Below are positions 48,644 through 61,711 of a stretch of 64,000 bases of DNA, piece after piece. Numbering within the stretch: the first letter of the stretch is position 1; each line of letters opens with the position of its first letter. A model generated the notes under the pieces. It was not told the DNA's origin and did not search any database. It worked only from the letters and a program-made list of their open reading frames with translations. Origin of the DNA: Callorhinchus milii (Eukaryota); NCBI RefSeq assembly GCF_018977255.1, contig NW_024704743.1:29576001-29640000 (forward strand), given 5' to 3'. The position numbers and the translations under genes are program-made.

Positions 48644-51600
48644 ACTGCACTGTAAAGTAGTGTATATTTGGTGGCCTCCACGTGTGAGCCTAAAGATTCA
48701 TTAGGCTTAAAAATCCACTTAGACCATTAGCTTGTAAGATGATTTTGCCTCAAAGTTTAACATTTCGTAGAATTTTTGAATTTAGTCTTAAATTGAAGGC
48801 TACATGGAAGAAACTACGAATTTAAGCTATATAAAGCTGGAGAAAGCTAGAGAGATAAAGAGAGAGAAAATTAACAAGAAAATGGAGAATTGAAAAGGTT
48901 TAGAGATGAAAGGGAAAATAAAAGAGTTAGAGTGGAAGAGATTTAGTGAAGCTTAATAGTATTGCTCTAGAAGAATATATGGGAACTGTTGATGTCACCA
49001 GCACTTTAACCAGAGCATTAACTGTTTTAGTTCAATGTCAGGAATTTCTGTCTGGGCTGTTTGAACTGAAAAATGAATTATGTTGCAATACCTGCCTTAT
49101 TGTGGCTGAAGCTGGTCTCATAGGCTGTAATTGCAGACAATGTAGAATGACGAACAAGGCTGGTACAGTCTCACACAGGCTTTGCAAGGTCTGGTGCCAC
49201 TTCAGATTGTTACAGGACAGTGTGAGAAAATGAACCATTCTAATGGAGTGTTATTTTTGGACATTGTACTGGCATTTTACTGCATTCTTCACAGCATTAA
49301 TGAAACTTTGGGTCAAACTTGGCGATTGAGTTTAAACACAAAAGCTTTTATACAATTTAAATTAAATAAAAGCAGCTGTGAGAATTAAATGGGGGAAAAA
49401 GACCTATTTGTGTATGAAATCTACTTCTACAGGATGTCTCAGTTAAGCCTAAAAGCTTATTTACAATAGGCTTCTGCCCAAAGGCAGCATACAGATATCA
49501 CTGCAGAACTAGAAGGAATACAGACAGGCACCAAAGTGACTGCTTTAGCGTTACAGCCTGGGTGATCCTCATGTGATGGAGCGTGGACTGTGATTTCAGT
49601 TGTGAAAAAAATATTTTTGTTGGCAGGACAGTGACACGGTGCGTTGTATTCCACCGTGCCGTGCTGAGTGAGAGTGGTGGGATGCAGGTTACTGCCTGTG
49701 ATCCCCCCTCATGCTGAGTTCCCGGTGTCAGCCAAGTTCCTGCAGGGAGCAGTAAGCCACTTACTTACCCTCTGGAGGGAGGATTGCTTTGGGCTGCTAT
49801 CTTTCGGAGGTCAGTTGTGTGTTGTCTTATGTTGCAGAAATTCTACAGTTCCTCCCAGTCTTAAGCAATACAAAGAAAGAACTTCTTTTTTTTTAAGCAT
49901 ATTATCATGTCCAACCATCTCAAAGCGTTCACAGTAATTACTGGCAAGTCTAGTGACTGTTTTGAAGGCAACCAATGAAGCCAAATGTCACGGCACAGCA
50001 AGGTCCCACAAATAGCCATGCAGTGAATGACCAATTTATCTGGAGGATTGTTGCCAAGCTTCCGCTGCTATTCCAGCTCAGACCACCCTTACCGGTAGGG
50101 GTTTGGGGTTTACAAAATTAACAGAAATCAAGTGGGGAAAAATTCCAGTCCCCAGTGCCTGGTCTGCTCCTCCATGTTCTACTTACAAGCCAGCCTGGTT
50201 AGTCTGTCATCAATAATACATTGGATTAATGCAAACCCAAGCAACCATAGAATGCCACACAGGATAAACTCAAATTCCAATATTTTAATTCTAGGCATTT
50301 CCCCTTCTGCCTCAATCCTTCTGCCTTCCTTCTTTGCTTGTCTTCAAATTGCACCTGAAGACTTTATTCCTTAACCATGTCTATGGTGCCTCTCCCCCAC
50401 CCATCATCCCCAGCTCAGGGTCAAACCATTCATTTTGAAATGCTCTGAGCTGCTATCCCAGATGAAAGGCGCTATATAAATGTGAGTTATTGTTATAAGA
50501 AGCCTTAACCTCAACATTTTTTTTATTGAAACTGTCATTTGTAGAGGTATGGCTTAATGGGCCAAATAGTTTTTGACTCAATCCATGGTTTCTTACTCTC
50601 CGAGTTTGATTTTCATCCAGGTTCCAGAGACGAGTGCACAATGAAAGGCCATCTAGTTCGCCTTCTACCATCCTGGAAGTTACATGCTACAATAATGGAG
50701 ATGTTGATAGCAATTAATTTCGTATGGATTCATCTACAACCGAGTGGGAAGCTTTGGGAACCTTAGATCCAAAGTTGCCAAGTTCTTCCAAGCATATTAC
50801 ACTTACTACATGACATGTCTCAAATTTCTATAGACTGTATCCCAAAATATTATTTTCTAAAAGAAACCTATCTAATTTGCATTTGAATAAATCAACACTT
50901 TCTGCTTCCACCATCTATCTGGGAGCCTATTGCATAGATTTACCACTCTCTCACTGAAATAGTGTTTCCGTAGATTGGTTTTGAATTTACTCCCCTTCAA
51001 TCACAGGCCAGGTTCTCTTGTTTCTAGAAGCCCAGTGGATCCCAATGATCAACATCAGTCACAAGGTTAAAAATCAAATCAAAGTTTCTTTCCTGAAGCA
51101 AAACAAAAACTAAACCAAATCAACAAGCAAATACAAGCTGCAAGCCCTGGTTTTATTTCCATTCTCTTTCCCTTTTGCCCAGGACCATTCCCCAAACCCC
51201 AAGAGGAAGTTCACATAAATAGACCTTCATATTGATTGGGCTTCATTCAGTTTTCAGTGCTCTTTAATCAACATTGCTTCCCCACCCTGCTCTACTCACC
51301 ACTCCTGCCATAGGTATTTGGCAGGGAAGGTTATATATGGGAAGGTTATATGGGAAGGTTCACAATCAGAAGATCAAAGTTGTGATGCAATCCTGTGCAT
51401 GACAGTTTTTCTAATGTTGCTGCTGTTACCTTGGATACCGTCCCACCAAATAAATTGGGCGTGATCCCAGTGTAATTCATAACCAGTTTGACTTTATCCT
51501 GGACCAAAGTATTTAGCAACATAAATTAACATTCAGAGACATTGGTAACAGCTGGAAGGCAAATTCCAACTGTTAACATCTATCCTATTGTCAAGTAGCA

Positions 51601-52691
51601 TGAACTACAAAATTTTCATCAAGACTAAGACTAAAATAATGATAACTTGCATTTAAATGCCACTCTTCACATACTTAAAATGAATACCTCAAATAATTAT
51701 GGGATTCTTTTATTAGAGCTCTGATAGTAGGAGTTAAAGACTAGAAAATACACATTCAATCCAGCCCTTACAATACTCCACTGAGGTGTGGTATAAGGTT
51801 AAGGCAACTGGTGACAGATGCGGGAGGTAGAAAAAAAATCAGAAAGGATCTAAGCAGTGACATACACCTGGTTGTTGGTCAAAAGGCCATTGACAATGCT
51901 CACAGAGTAGCCTGCCCACCTGTTCTAATTGCAGCAGAGATGTGAGCACAGGAAAACCAAATAAACAGTGGATAAATTGCCCTGGAAATAAATGAACTAT
52001 TGAAACCTTCCTGTGTGAAACCGGAGTGTGTAATGAAAATCACCAGTGTTAATTTCACGCTATTGTGTTGTAAAGGGAACCCTCTCAATTAGCTGTAAAC
52101 TGTAAAATATGTTCTCATGTGTTAACTGCAAAGACGATTCAGATTGATGTGACATTGCAGTACTCTTGATGGTGTCAGTGCAGTTTTCATTGCAGTTACA
52201 CTGTAGGTTACCAACAGCAAAACTGAAACTGTGTATGAACAAAGCTGTGAATTGTGAGATTATTTTGTAGGCTGTATTTTCTAGCTGTTTGCAGATTTAT
52301 CTAGGAATTGTTGGCCAAGGCACCATGAGAGCCTCTGTCTCCCTTTTCTCATTGAGTTGGCAGCTTTGAACTTGGTTTAAGTGGAAGGAGCACCTCGAAC
52401 AGGCCATTGGAGCGTCAGTCATAATCTCCTTCCATTCTAGCTCATTCTCTGCGTAAGCATATTGCCTTCTCTCCAGATATTCCAATTGAGCTGCAGGCCA
52501 CAAAATGTTGCTAGCTGCTAGCAATTGGAAGTTTAGACAAAATTGAAAAATAAATAATGCAAAAAGAAGAGGATTAGATGATCAGGGTTTGGAGGAAATG
52601 CATAGTTATGTCTTGCTTCTCTTTAGTGAATGGGGAAACCTGGGTTTTCTTTTATGCCATTACTAGCAGCCGTTTCCACAGCTTGATCTTG

Positions 52692-52713
52692 ATATATATA
52701 TATATATATATAT
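52692..52713. repeat. (TA)n microsatellite
   Basis: About 11 AT units adjoining a SINE/L2 tail remnant. Confidence 0.9.
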
Positions 52714-53189
52714 AAAGCACTTTCACATCGGATGGACGTCTCAAAGTATAAGAGGAGTTAATGCAAATTAACTTGCCAAGAACAATCACATTTCTATAAC
52801 AGGAGTGAGATTTTAAGAATGAGACAGAAGCAACGACCTCTGTGAATGACTAACTTAGAAATCATTTATAACTAATTACAGTAATGTTAAGATAACAAAA
52901 TGTATGACTCAGATTACACAAAGAGTACACTACTTCAATCCTTTTTCATTGTGTGGTGCATGCTCTACACTGAAATTGACAGTCATGATTATATGTATAG
53001 TTCCATGGAACAGTGGTACTCACAACTTCTCAGTTCCAAGAAAACAGCACTGTTTCCATTACTTGAACGTAATGTGGCACTAATGTTCACTATGGGATTT
53101 TATGGAATCTACAAGGAGTAAAAAAACAAATAAAGGCAATGTATTCGTTCAGTTGTGTGAATTGGTCACGTTTACGCTGTGAGCCAGAA

Positions 53190-53412
53190 ACTCTGCCTCT
53201 TTTCAAATAGTGCCATGGAATCATTAATGTCCACCCGAAATAGGTAGATGGGCCTCGGTTTAATGTTTCATCCAAAGAATGGCCCTCATCAGTGCAGCAC
53301 CTCCTCAGCATTGCAGTGGAGAGTCAGCAGGGACTATATGGGTTCCCGTGGGGCTTGAACCAACAACCTGTTGACTCAATGGTAAGAGTGCTACCAACTG
53401 AGATAGGCTGAC
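53190..53412 (-). mobile_element. Deu-domain SINE 5' half
   Basis: AATAGTGCCATGGAATCATTAATGTCCACCCG...GGCCTCGGTTTAATGTTTCATCC...CAGTGCAGCAC...CTTGAACC...GTGCTACCAACTGAG. Confidence 0.8.
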
Positions 53413-53836
53413 ATACAGGCTATCCTTAACTAACCTTAGTGTATCATTCTTCCTGGATTAAGACATATGCAGTCTCCACATAATCCTGTGTTCCTATAGC
53501 CTTGTTTCACATAAATATATTGCACAACACAAGGTCAGCCAAGTTTCATCAAAGCAGAAATTGGCTTGCACAGATATGATGTAACATGCTGCCACTTTAA
53601 AATGCATTTCATCCAGACAATTAGAATCATGGTTGGTGCCAAAAAGGTGCTAAAAGTTAATTTATAGGGAAAAATCAGGTAATAGATGATGTGTCATAGC
53701 ATAGCACTCCATCAAAACTGAAGAGCGTGGTAGAAGACCACAGAGTCTAATTTGTGAAATTCGCAAAGGGATTTGCAAATAATGTATCCTGCAGGTGTCT
53801 GGCTGCACTCTCTGGAATTCTCTCATATGCTGATCA

Positions 53837-54191
53837 CCTGCAGCTCAGTGGTTAGAGCATTTGCCTCGCAAGTGAGAGAACCTGGGATCAATTCCTGGGT
53901 AAGGCGACAGGTCAGGCAAGTTTTCTTACTCCATACTCCTCTGTTCAGCTAGTAGCTAGTAGGAATCCAGTTGCAAGTCAATTGGCGATCGCTTTTCCAG
54001 GAATTATAGCCCCTTCCAAAAAAATATGATCTGGTCACTCAATCCACGACTGTTTGTTGGAAACTGCTGTGTGCGATTGGCTGCTACATTTCACCCACAA
54101 AACATACAGTCAATTCACTTTACAGTATATTCTGTGAAGCACTTTGGGACTTCCAGAAGATGTGATAAGCCACTATATCATGGTTATTATT
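53837..54191 (+). mobile_element. tRNA-Ala SINE long form, full length
   Basis: CCTGCAGCTCAGTGGTTAGAGCATTTGCCTCGCAAGTGAG head, long central segment and shared 3' half. Confidence 0.9.
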
Positions 54192-56950
54192 TGGCTAACA
54201 ATGCCTTGCTGACCACCCTACCCCCACCACTTGCTTTTAGTCTTGACGTGCGCGTTGTGGCTGCCGACAACGGCACGTGCTGCTTCCCCACAATGCCTCC
54301 ACCCCGTCCTCTACTCTCACTTACTCCCGCTCGGTCCTCCTCTCCCACCGCCCTCCCCAACTCCTATCCCTGCTCGATAGTCCCACTGCCTTCCTCTGCT
54401 CCAGCCTGTGAATCCTCCATCAGGCCCACTGTGGGAGTTGCCGCTGGCTGTCTAACAGCAGCCACTCTGACTGCCCTATCCCCTACTCTTGCCACAAGAC
54501 TAACCGGTACCCAACCACAGAGGCCAACCTCTCCTCCCTGATCCAGATCCCACCCTCCCTGTCAGTCCCCCCCTCCCCTGCCTTGCCCCCCCCACTTTCT
54601 GCCATCAACTGTCCCCTCCATATCGGTCTACAAAACATCCGTTCCCTCTTCTACAAAGCACACACCATCCAAGACCTCATCGTCGATGAACGCATCGACA
54701 TTCTCGCCCTCACTGAAACCTGGGTCACTCCAAGTGACACCTTCCCCCTGACTGAGGTCACACCAACTGGCTTCACCTTCTGGTGAGGCTCTCATCTCCC
54801 AGTCCCCTCTCGGCCTAAACCCTTACTCCTCTGGAACTTTCCCCTCCTTTGAGCACCTTACCCTTTATCACCCCTCCAACCTTTCCCTCAAAATTCTCCT
54901 TATCTACCGCCCCCTCAAAACCTCCCCCATCTTCATCCCTGACATCTCCACCCTCCTATCTTCCCTCTCCCTTTGCTCTGAATGCCTCCTCATCCTAGGC
55001 GATTTTAACCTTCACTTCACCCCTTCCTGCTCTACCTCTGCTGGCTTTTCCTCCCTTATCTTCTCCCTCAATCTCTCCCTCCACATCCACTCCTCCACCC
55101 CCATCCACGGTAACCCGGTCGACCTGGTGATCACTCAGGGCCTCACTGTCTCAGACCTCACCATCATCGACAAAGCGATCTTAGATCATCACTTCATCTC
55201 CCTTAACTGCTCAATCCCTCTCCCCATCTCCACCCAACTCACCTCCATCTCATACCGCCACTGAAAAAAAATCTCTCCCTCCTCTTTCTCGACTGCCTTG
55301 GAGTCATCTGAACTCCTTCCCCTCTGGGCGTCCTCCCACAATGACCCTCGGTCACCTTTCTCCACAGCTCCCTCTCCTCCACTCTTGATTCCCTCACTCC
55401 ACTCTCTTCCCAAACCATCTCCTACTCACACAAATCACCTTGGCACACCAGCCACCTCCGTTCCTTTAAAGCCCAGGCACGTTCCGCTGAGCGCATCTGG
55501 CTTAAAGCAAACCTAACTGTCCATCCTCAGATCTGGCTGGACCATGTCAAATCCTACAGCTCCGCCCTCGCCTCCACAAAATCGTCGTCGTACTCCAAGA
55601 CAATCTTGGAGACTAAGGACAACCCCAGCCTCCTCTTCTCCATCACAAATTGGCTCCTCCGCCACCCTCTCACTCCTCACCTCAAATGCCAACTGTAAGG
55701 CAATGCTGGATTTCCTCAAATCCAAAGTAGAGGGAATCCACTCAGCTGCCTCTGCCACTGCATCTGCTACCCCCTCCCCATTTCCTCCCCCATCCCACCC
55801 CAACCCACTCCTCCCTCCGCACCTTTGAACCTGTCTCTCATTCCTCTCTCATCACCACCATAACCCGTATGAAACCCACCACCTGCTCCCTCGACCACAT
55901 CTCTACCCCCCTCCTTACCTCCCAGCTCCACCTCTTTGCCCCTCTACTCACTGACATCATTAATCTCTCCATGTCCTCTGGTACTATTCCCACCCCTTTA
56001 AAAAACACTGTCATCGCTCCTCTCCTTAAAAAACCCTCCCTGGACCCTTCTCTGCTCCTAACTACCGCCCCATCTCCAATCTCCCTTTCCTCTCCAAGGT
56101 CCTGGAATGAGTTGTTGCTTCTCAGCTTCACTCCTTCCTCTCCCGCCACTACTTTCTCGAACCCCTCCAATCAGGTTTCCATGCCGCCCACAACACAGAA
56201 ACTCCCTTGGTCAAAGTGCCAAATGACATTCTGTCCATCTGGGACCAGAGCTCCCTCTGCCTCCTTGACCTCTCTGCTGCTTTTGACACTGTCGACCACT
56301 CTATCCTCATCCACCGTCTCTCCCCTCACCTCAACCTCCATGGCGCTGTCCTTGATTGGTTCAGATCATACCTCTCACACCGCCTGCACTTCATCTCCTC
56401 AAATGGCTTCTCCTTTAGCCCCTGGATCGTCGCTTGCGGCATTCTTTCAGGGCTCTGTCCTGGCCCCTCCTCCTCCTCAATATCTATATACTGCCTCTTG
56501 ATGACATCATCCGCAGACAAGTGGTCAACTTCCACATGTATGCGGATGACACCCAACTCTACCTCTCTGACTCCACCCTTGACTCCAGGACCACTGCTGT
56601 GCTGACAGAATGTCTGTCAGACATCAAGTCCTGGATGAGAGCTAACTTTCTTCAGTTGAACGTCAACAAGACCGAGGCCCTCTGATTGGCTCCCATCAAT
56701 GCCTCTTCACCTAAGGTGCTGACAGCATCACCATCCATGGTTGCACACTCCACTTGCTAAGCCAGTCTGGAACTTGGTCTTGTTTGACTCTCAACTATCC
56801 TTTCTACCCCACATCTGCACCATGACCTGCTCTGCCTTCCCCCACCTCCGCAACGTCACCTGGCTCCAACACTGTTTCACACATCAGGCCCCCGAATCCC
56901 TCATACATGCTTTCATTACATTAAGGATTGACTATGCAAACTCACTGCTT
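54192..56950 (+). mobile_element. L2-clade LINE, 5' region through RT, lacking the 3' end, decayed
   Basis: [64 protein letters not shown], with many frameshifts; ends abruptly at 56950. Confidence 0.95.
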
Positions 56951-57337
56951 GTGAAGGGCAGACCAGTTACTGGGGATAGGGAACAATCTGACTCATTTCC
57001 TGTTAACCCTGCAAGCCAAAGCCCTAACAGATAGGATGGTCCAAGCTGGACAAGCATGGGAAAGCAAGCTATGTGGTTTTAGCTGGTTAGATTCCATCAG
57101 TACCCCAACGCACACTCTGGGGTCCCTAGGCTGTGGCTCTTACCAATCTATGCCTAATAATTTTGTGGAATTGGATAAGCAGGAGGTGTCTCTTCAGGGA
57201 GAGAGTGCACATTCCATTCCAACAATCTATCTCTGGAATTTCCGTACGCAGGTGGGATGCATGAAATTCTTAGTTTGATTTGGATACTCTTAAGCATGGT
57301 GACAGGTTTCTGCATGTGTCACACACCTGGCAGACCC
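56951..57337. mobile_element. Long-TIR element, right half
   Basis: Colinear with 9246-9559; ends TTTCTGCATGTGTCACACACCTGGCAGACCC. Confidence 0.75.
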
Positions 57338-57344
57338 ATCCCCA

Positions 57345-57682
57345 AGAAAGACATCTCAAAGCACTTTGCAGAATATACTGTAAAATTATTTGACTGTATA
57401 TTCTGTGGGCGAAATATGGCAACCAATTGCTCGCGGCAACCAATTGCTCACAGCAATGTCTCACACACAGTCATGCATTGAGTGACCAAATTATTATTTC
57501 AAAAAATATTTAACAGAATATTACCCTCGGAAAGCAATCCACCAATCAACTAACAACCGGGTTCCTAGTTACTGCTAGATAAACAGAGGTGTTTGGAATA
57601 AGGAAACTTGCCCTGCCTGGAATCAAACTCAGGTCCTCTCACTTGTGAGGCGAGTGCTCTAACCAATGTGCTACAGGACTCC
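57345..57682 (-). mobile_element. tRNA-Ala SINE long form
   Basis: GGAGTCCTGTAGCACATTGGTTAGAGCACTCGCCTCAC head on the minus strand and long central segment. Confidence 0.9.
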
Positions 57683-57714
57683 AAATTTGCTATATCAAAT
57701 GCAAGGATTATTAT

Positions 57715-58000
57715 TTGTAATTCTTGAATTTGATAAAGTTCTTATAACATGGCTCAAAGAGTTTTCAGTGAAATGTAGTGACTGTGTATTATGTAAATGC
57801 AGTGGCCAATTTGCATCCAGCAATATCTCACAAACAGCCAAGAAGCAAATCAAAAATTTTATCTGGGGGATTGTTGGCCAAGACACCAGCATAAACTCCC
57901 TTCTCTTTATGGATAGTGCCATGGGATCTTTAACATCTACCTGAACAGACAAGCGGGATCTTGGTTTATCATCTCATCTGAAGAATGACACCTCTGTAAA
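57715..58000 (-). mobile_element. Deu-domain SINE fragment
   Basis: ATAGTGCCATGGGATCTTTAACATCTACCTGAACAGACAAG...TCTCATCTGAAGAATGACACCTCTG. Confidence 0.75.
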
Positions 58001-58777
58001 ACAGAGCTCCTCTGGCACTATTATGTGTATTAATTTCTGAAGAAGTTCAAAATCATGGTATGGTGACTTATATTAGCTTTGAATATACTCCTCTGGAAAA
58101 ATATGTTAACTACAGCAAGTGGCAAAGCTATGGTTGATTTCAATATGATGACTGAGGCTATAAATGACTTTGATCCTACAATCTGTGAATTTGGTGATGA
58201 TTCCTGGAATTGAGTGGAAAATGTTGTTAAAGATTGTGGTGGAAGAAATGTTATTTTACTGTGAGAATGAATGTATTTATGTTGTATTGGTCTCTGCAAG
58301 AGAAGGGATAACAACATGGCTCAAGGGATGACTGCATGCTGATGACACGGTAAGCATCAGTGCAGAATAATAACCCTTTGCATTTCATATAGTTGATGTT
58401 GGGAGGATGTCTCAAAGCGCTTCATAGGATTTTGATGTAAAGTGTAGTGGACTGGGTATTTTGTAGGCAAAAGATGTACCTACATCTCCAGAAATCTTAA
58501 ATGGAGTGAACAGTTCAGCTTTTCCTGCACATAAAGCGCTTTGAGACATCTAGAAGACATGAAAAGTGCTATATCAAATGCAAAGATTATTATCTGAATC
58601 GTAGCACAATACTGCTGCACAAGACTGTCTGCACAGGCGATGGTTAAGAAGGGTAGCATCATCTAAATCCCAGAAAGCCTCTCACTACCAGGAGTATTGT
58701 GAATCAAAGAAGTATGATAATGCAGGGAAAAGAACAGTGAAAGGAAATCACTTCCCCTAAAGTGCCAAGACTTTAGG

Positions 58778-58894
58778 CTGCCGTGTTTTACCCACAAAAT
58801 ATATAGTAAATTCATTTTACAGTATATTCTGAGAAGCGCTTTGTGACGTCTCAAAGACATAATAAGGCACTATATCAAATGCAAGGATTATTAT
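58778..58894 (+). mobile_element. SINE 3' tail fragment
   Basis: GGCTGCCGTGTTTACCCACAAAATATATAG...GCACTATATCAAATGCAAGGATTATTAT. Confidence 0.85.
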
Positions 58895-59035
58895 AAGACA
58901 AAAAAACTCACCCGAAACCAATGACATCCATTTGAGATGCAGTGTTCTGCAAACTATGTCAATTCACCAGATTGTCGACAATTGCAGCTTCACAACAAAT
59001 ATTTGCATGCGTCTCGTAAAATCCTCGACATGGTA

Positions 59036-59277
59036 GACTGAAATTGCACTCAGTCTTAGTCTGCAAGACAATTTTGTCAAAGAATTTTATATTGCATAGA
59101 ATTGTGGAAAATTCTTAAATTCTGTCTTAATTTGGAAGCTGGTTCTTTTCATGAACCGTAAGAAAGTGCCTTGTGAATTAAGACTGAATTAAAACAATTT
59201 TCACAACTTGTTGCCATCTAAAAAAATTTAAGAAACAAAATGGTCTTACAGGCTAAGACGGGATGGAATTTTGAGCC
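59036..59277. mobile_element. ~240-bp palindromic (foldback) MITE-like element
   Basis: Nested inverted matches share a centre near 59155; a half-copy lies at about 48702-48802. Confidence 0.7.
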
Positions 59278-61384
59278 AAGTGTATCACCTGGGATTTAAA
59301 TAGACATAGTCTGTCACGGCAAATGTCGAAGATCTGTTAAGGACTCTCATTAAGGATTATTTATCTGCGACCATCCCCTAAAGCAAACAAATTCCACTGT
59401 AAATGGCTCTATTGCTGCCCCTTGACACGATTGCTATATTTAACTGGCCCATTGAGTCATTTAACTGACTGTTTAAAGGCTTTTGCTCAGTTCAGTTAAG
59501 ATTTATTTTGCATCCCTGTTGCATTTCAATGCCTCGTCAGAAATAATACAATGCTGCAGTAATAAAAATTAATGCACTTTACTTAAGCTATGAGGAATTC
59601 AGCTCTCTGATGTATTAACAGTAGACAGCTATGGCTAAACGTTCTAAAATAAAATAAACTATTAGTTCCTGCATGATTCTGAAATCGATTAAATAAAGGT
59701 CAGAATATCATTCAACTGCTGCACATTGCGTAAGACAAATGGTATTCTTGTATTCCGATTAAAGGCCACCTATAACAATAGTATACAGCCCTCTTTCCAA
59801 TTCCACCATTCTCTCTTTATTACAAAGCGTATCCAGTCAAAGATTTGCTATTAATCTTTATTGTACCCTGAGAAATCCACAACTGTCCTTTTCAAAATAA
59901 GGCGATCAAAACTCTACACAATATTTCAAACATAGCCACAACCGATCAGAGAGAAGACAAAACAAAATAAAGCTTTCAGGCTTGTATTTAAATACCTTTG
60001 AAATGTCCTTCAGAACATGATTAACTGTGTTGATGGTAATCTTGTATGAACTAGATTTGTATTATATGATGAATAATTATTGTAAGTAATGCTCCTTTTC
60101 TCCTTTGCCAATAATATGCATTAATTGTCTACATTTTCCTATGCCAATATTAATGATAATTAATTCTTCCCTCAGTAACAATGGAGATTATTTAACCCAT
60201 CATTTCACTTACACAAATCCCCTTGCCAATTAATTTGATCTCAACAGCAAATAATATATACAGCCACAAAATAGTCATTGCAGTTTACAGGTTATGCTGT
60301 GAAGAGCTTTGAGATGTCCTCCCAACATGAAAGGTGCTGTGTCATATGAAGGATTAATATTTTTATTTTTACTACGAGAATTGTTCTCATCTAATATCAA
60401 GAAGTGGAAATAGCAGGCACCCATAACATAGCACTATGCAATTCAATAGATAATACCCCAGATCAAGCCTTACTCATTTACAATTATCTTCTTCTTTCTA
60501 GTACTTTACTGAATTTCAATTCAGTTACCTATTTTGCCATTTCTTCACAACAGATGCAGAACTGAGTTCTACATATGTTACAGATTGCAGAGCTGGTTTG
60601 ATGCGACCAGGAATCTGCCCACAGTCTTCATTCATGTCAGCTAATTTAAGACAGCTGCCATTTCTCTGACCTCAAGAATTTGGTTTCTGTCTTAGCGTAG
60701 TGTGTGGTTGGTAATCTGAACAATCAGACCATTGTTCCCATCACTGCTGTTTTGACTCACAAGGAGGGGAGAGGTGTCATGGAGACTGGCACTACTCCAC
60801 TGATCAGCTTTGATTCCCCACACTGAAGAGCTTCTGGACTCCAGCAATACAGTCCACTACAGGAATTGTCATCTTACCTCCTAAGGCTATTAGGAAACAT
60901 TTAGAGGTAAGATTTCCTTCTTTGGTGCAGTTTGCCACCTCAGCAATTAACACAATCTGAATGTGACTCAGAGAGTAGCACAACAGCAGAATTCACAAAC
61001 TGAGCCACAAAGTGCTAGAATGACAATTCACATCCACATCCATTATTTAGTTAAGTACCAATCTCAAGATGCAGATCGTGGAGACCAGGTACCTCCTCAT
61101 AAGAAAATCTACTCACAAGGCAACCCAAGGTTGCACTTTGAACCTCCAAACAGATTATATTTACTGAAGCGTGAAGCTGTCTTAGTTCTTCCCATTCAAG
61201 TGGGAATGGCACATACATGTAAAAGTCAAACATGGATTGAAAATATATATTCGTCATTCACAGAGAGAATTCACAGCTACACACTTGAAAAATCCAATGT
61301 TTCACAAAAGGTTTGTTTTGATTCAACATGTTGTGAAATGTTACATTTCTCAACCCATTTTGACAAACTTGTTTATCCTGCATG

Positions 61385-61711
61385 TTAAAGCCCTAAATGG
61401 GTAGGGTGCCTAGGTGAGCTTTCAGCATGAAGCTTGCCAGCCAGTGCGTTCAATGTCAAATTATATGGTTTTAGGTAGATAAACTCCAGCAGTTCTCCCA
61501 CACACTCTTGAGATCCCTCAGCCTTTTCCCTCATCAACCTGCACCTAATACACTCCATAATTTGGTAAGCAGGGAGCATCCCTCCAGGGAGAGAGCACAC
61601 ATTTCATTCCAGAATAGAGGAATTTCCATGTGTAGATGGGATGCATGGAACTCTCAGTCTAGTTTGCATACTCTCAAGCATGGTGATGGGTTTCCACATG
61701 TGTCAGACACC
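61385..61711. mobile_element. Long-TIR element, right half
   Basis: Colinear with 57010-57330; ends GGTGATGGGTTTCCACATGTGTCAGACACC. Confidence 0.75.

Noticed and set aside
48805..48950. Purine-rich stretch resembling a gag coiled-coil
   Set aside because: Low complexity with stops, and no LTR, protease or RT nearby.
51324..51360. GGGAAGGTT x3 and similar tiny duplications (about 667, 8855, 16826, 57418)
   Set aside because: Ordinary slippage duplications. There are no unique spacers of constant length, so they are not CRISPR-like.
52297..52524. Protein-like peptide QLEYLERRQYAYAENELEWKE
   Set aside because: No recognised family or clear splice donor, and the end of the ORF is in SINE-derived sequence.
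60963..61388. 141-aa ORF
   Set aside because: No recognisable domain, a GTG start and no convincing splice context.
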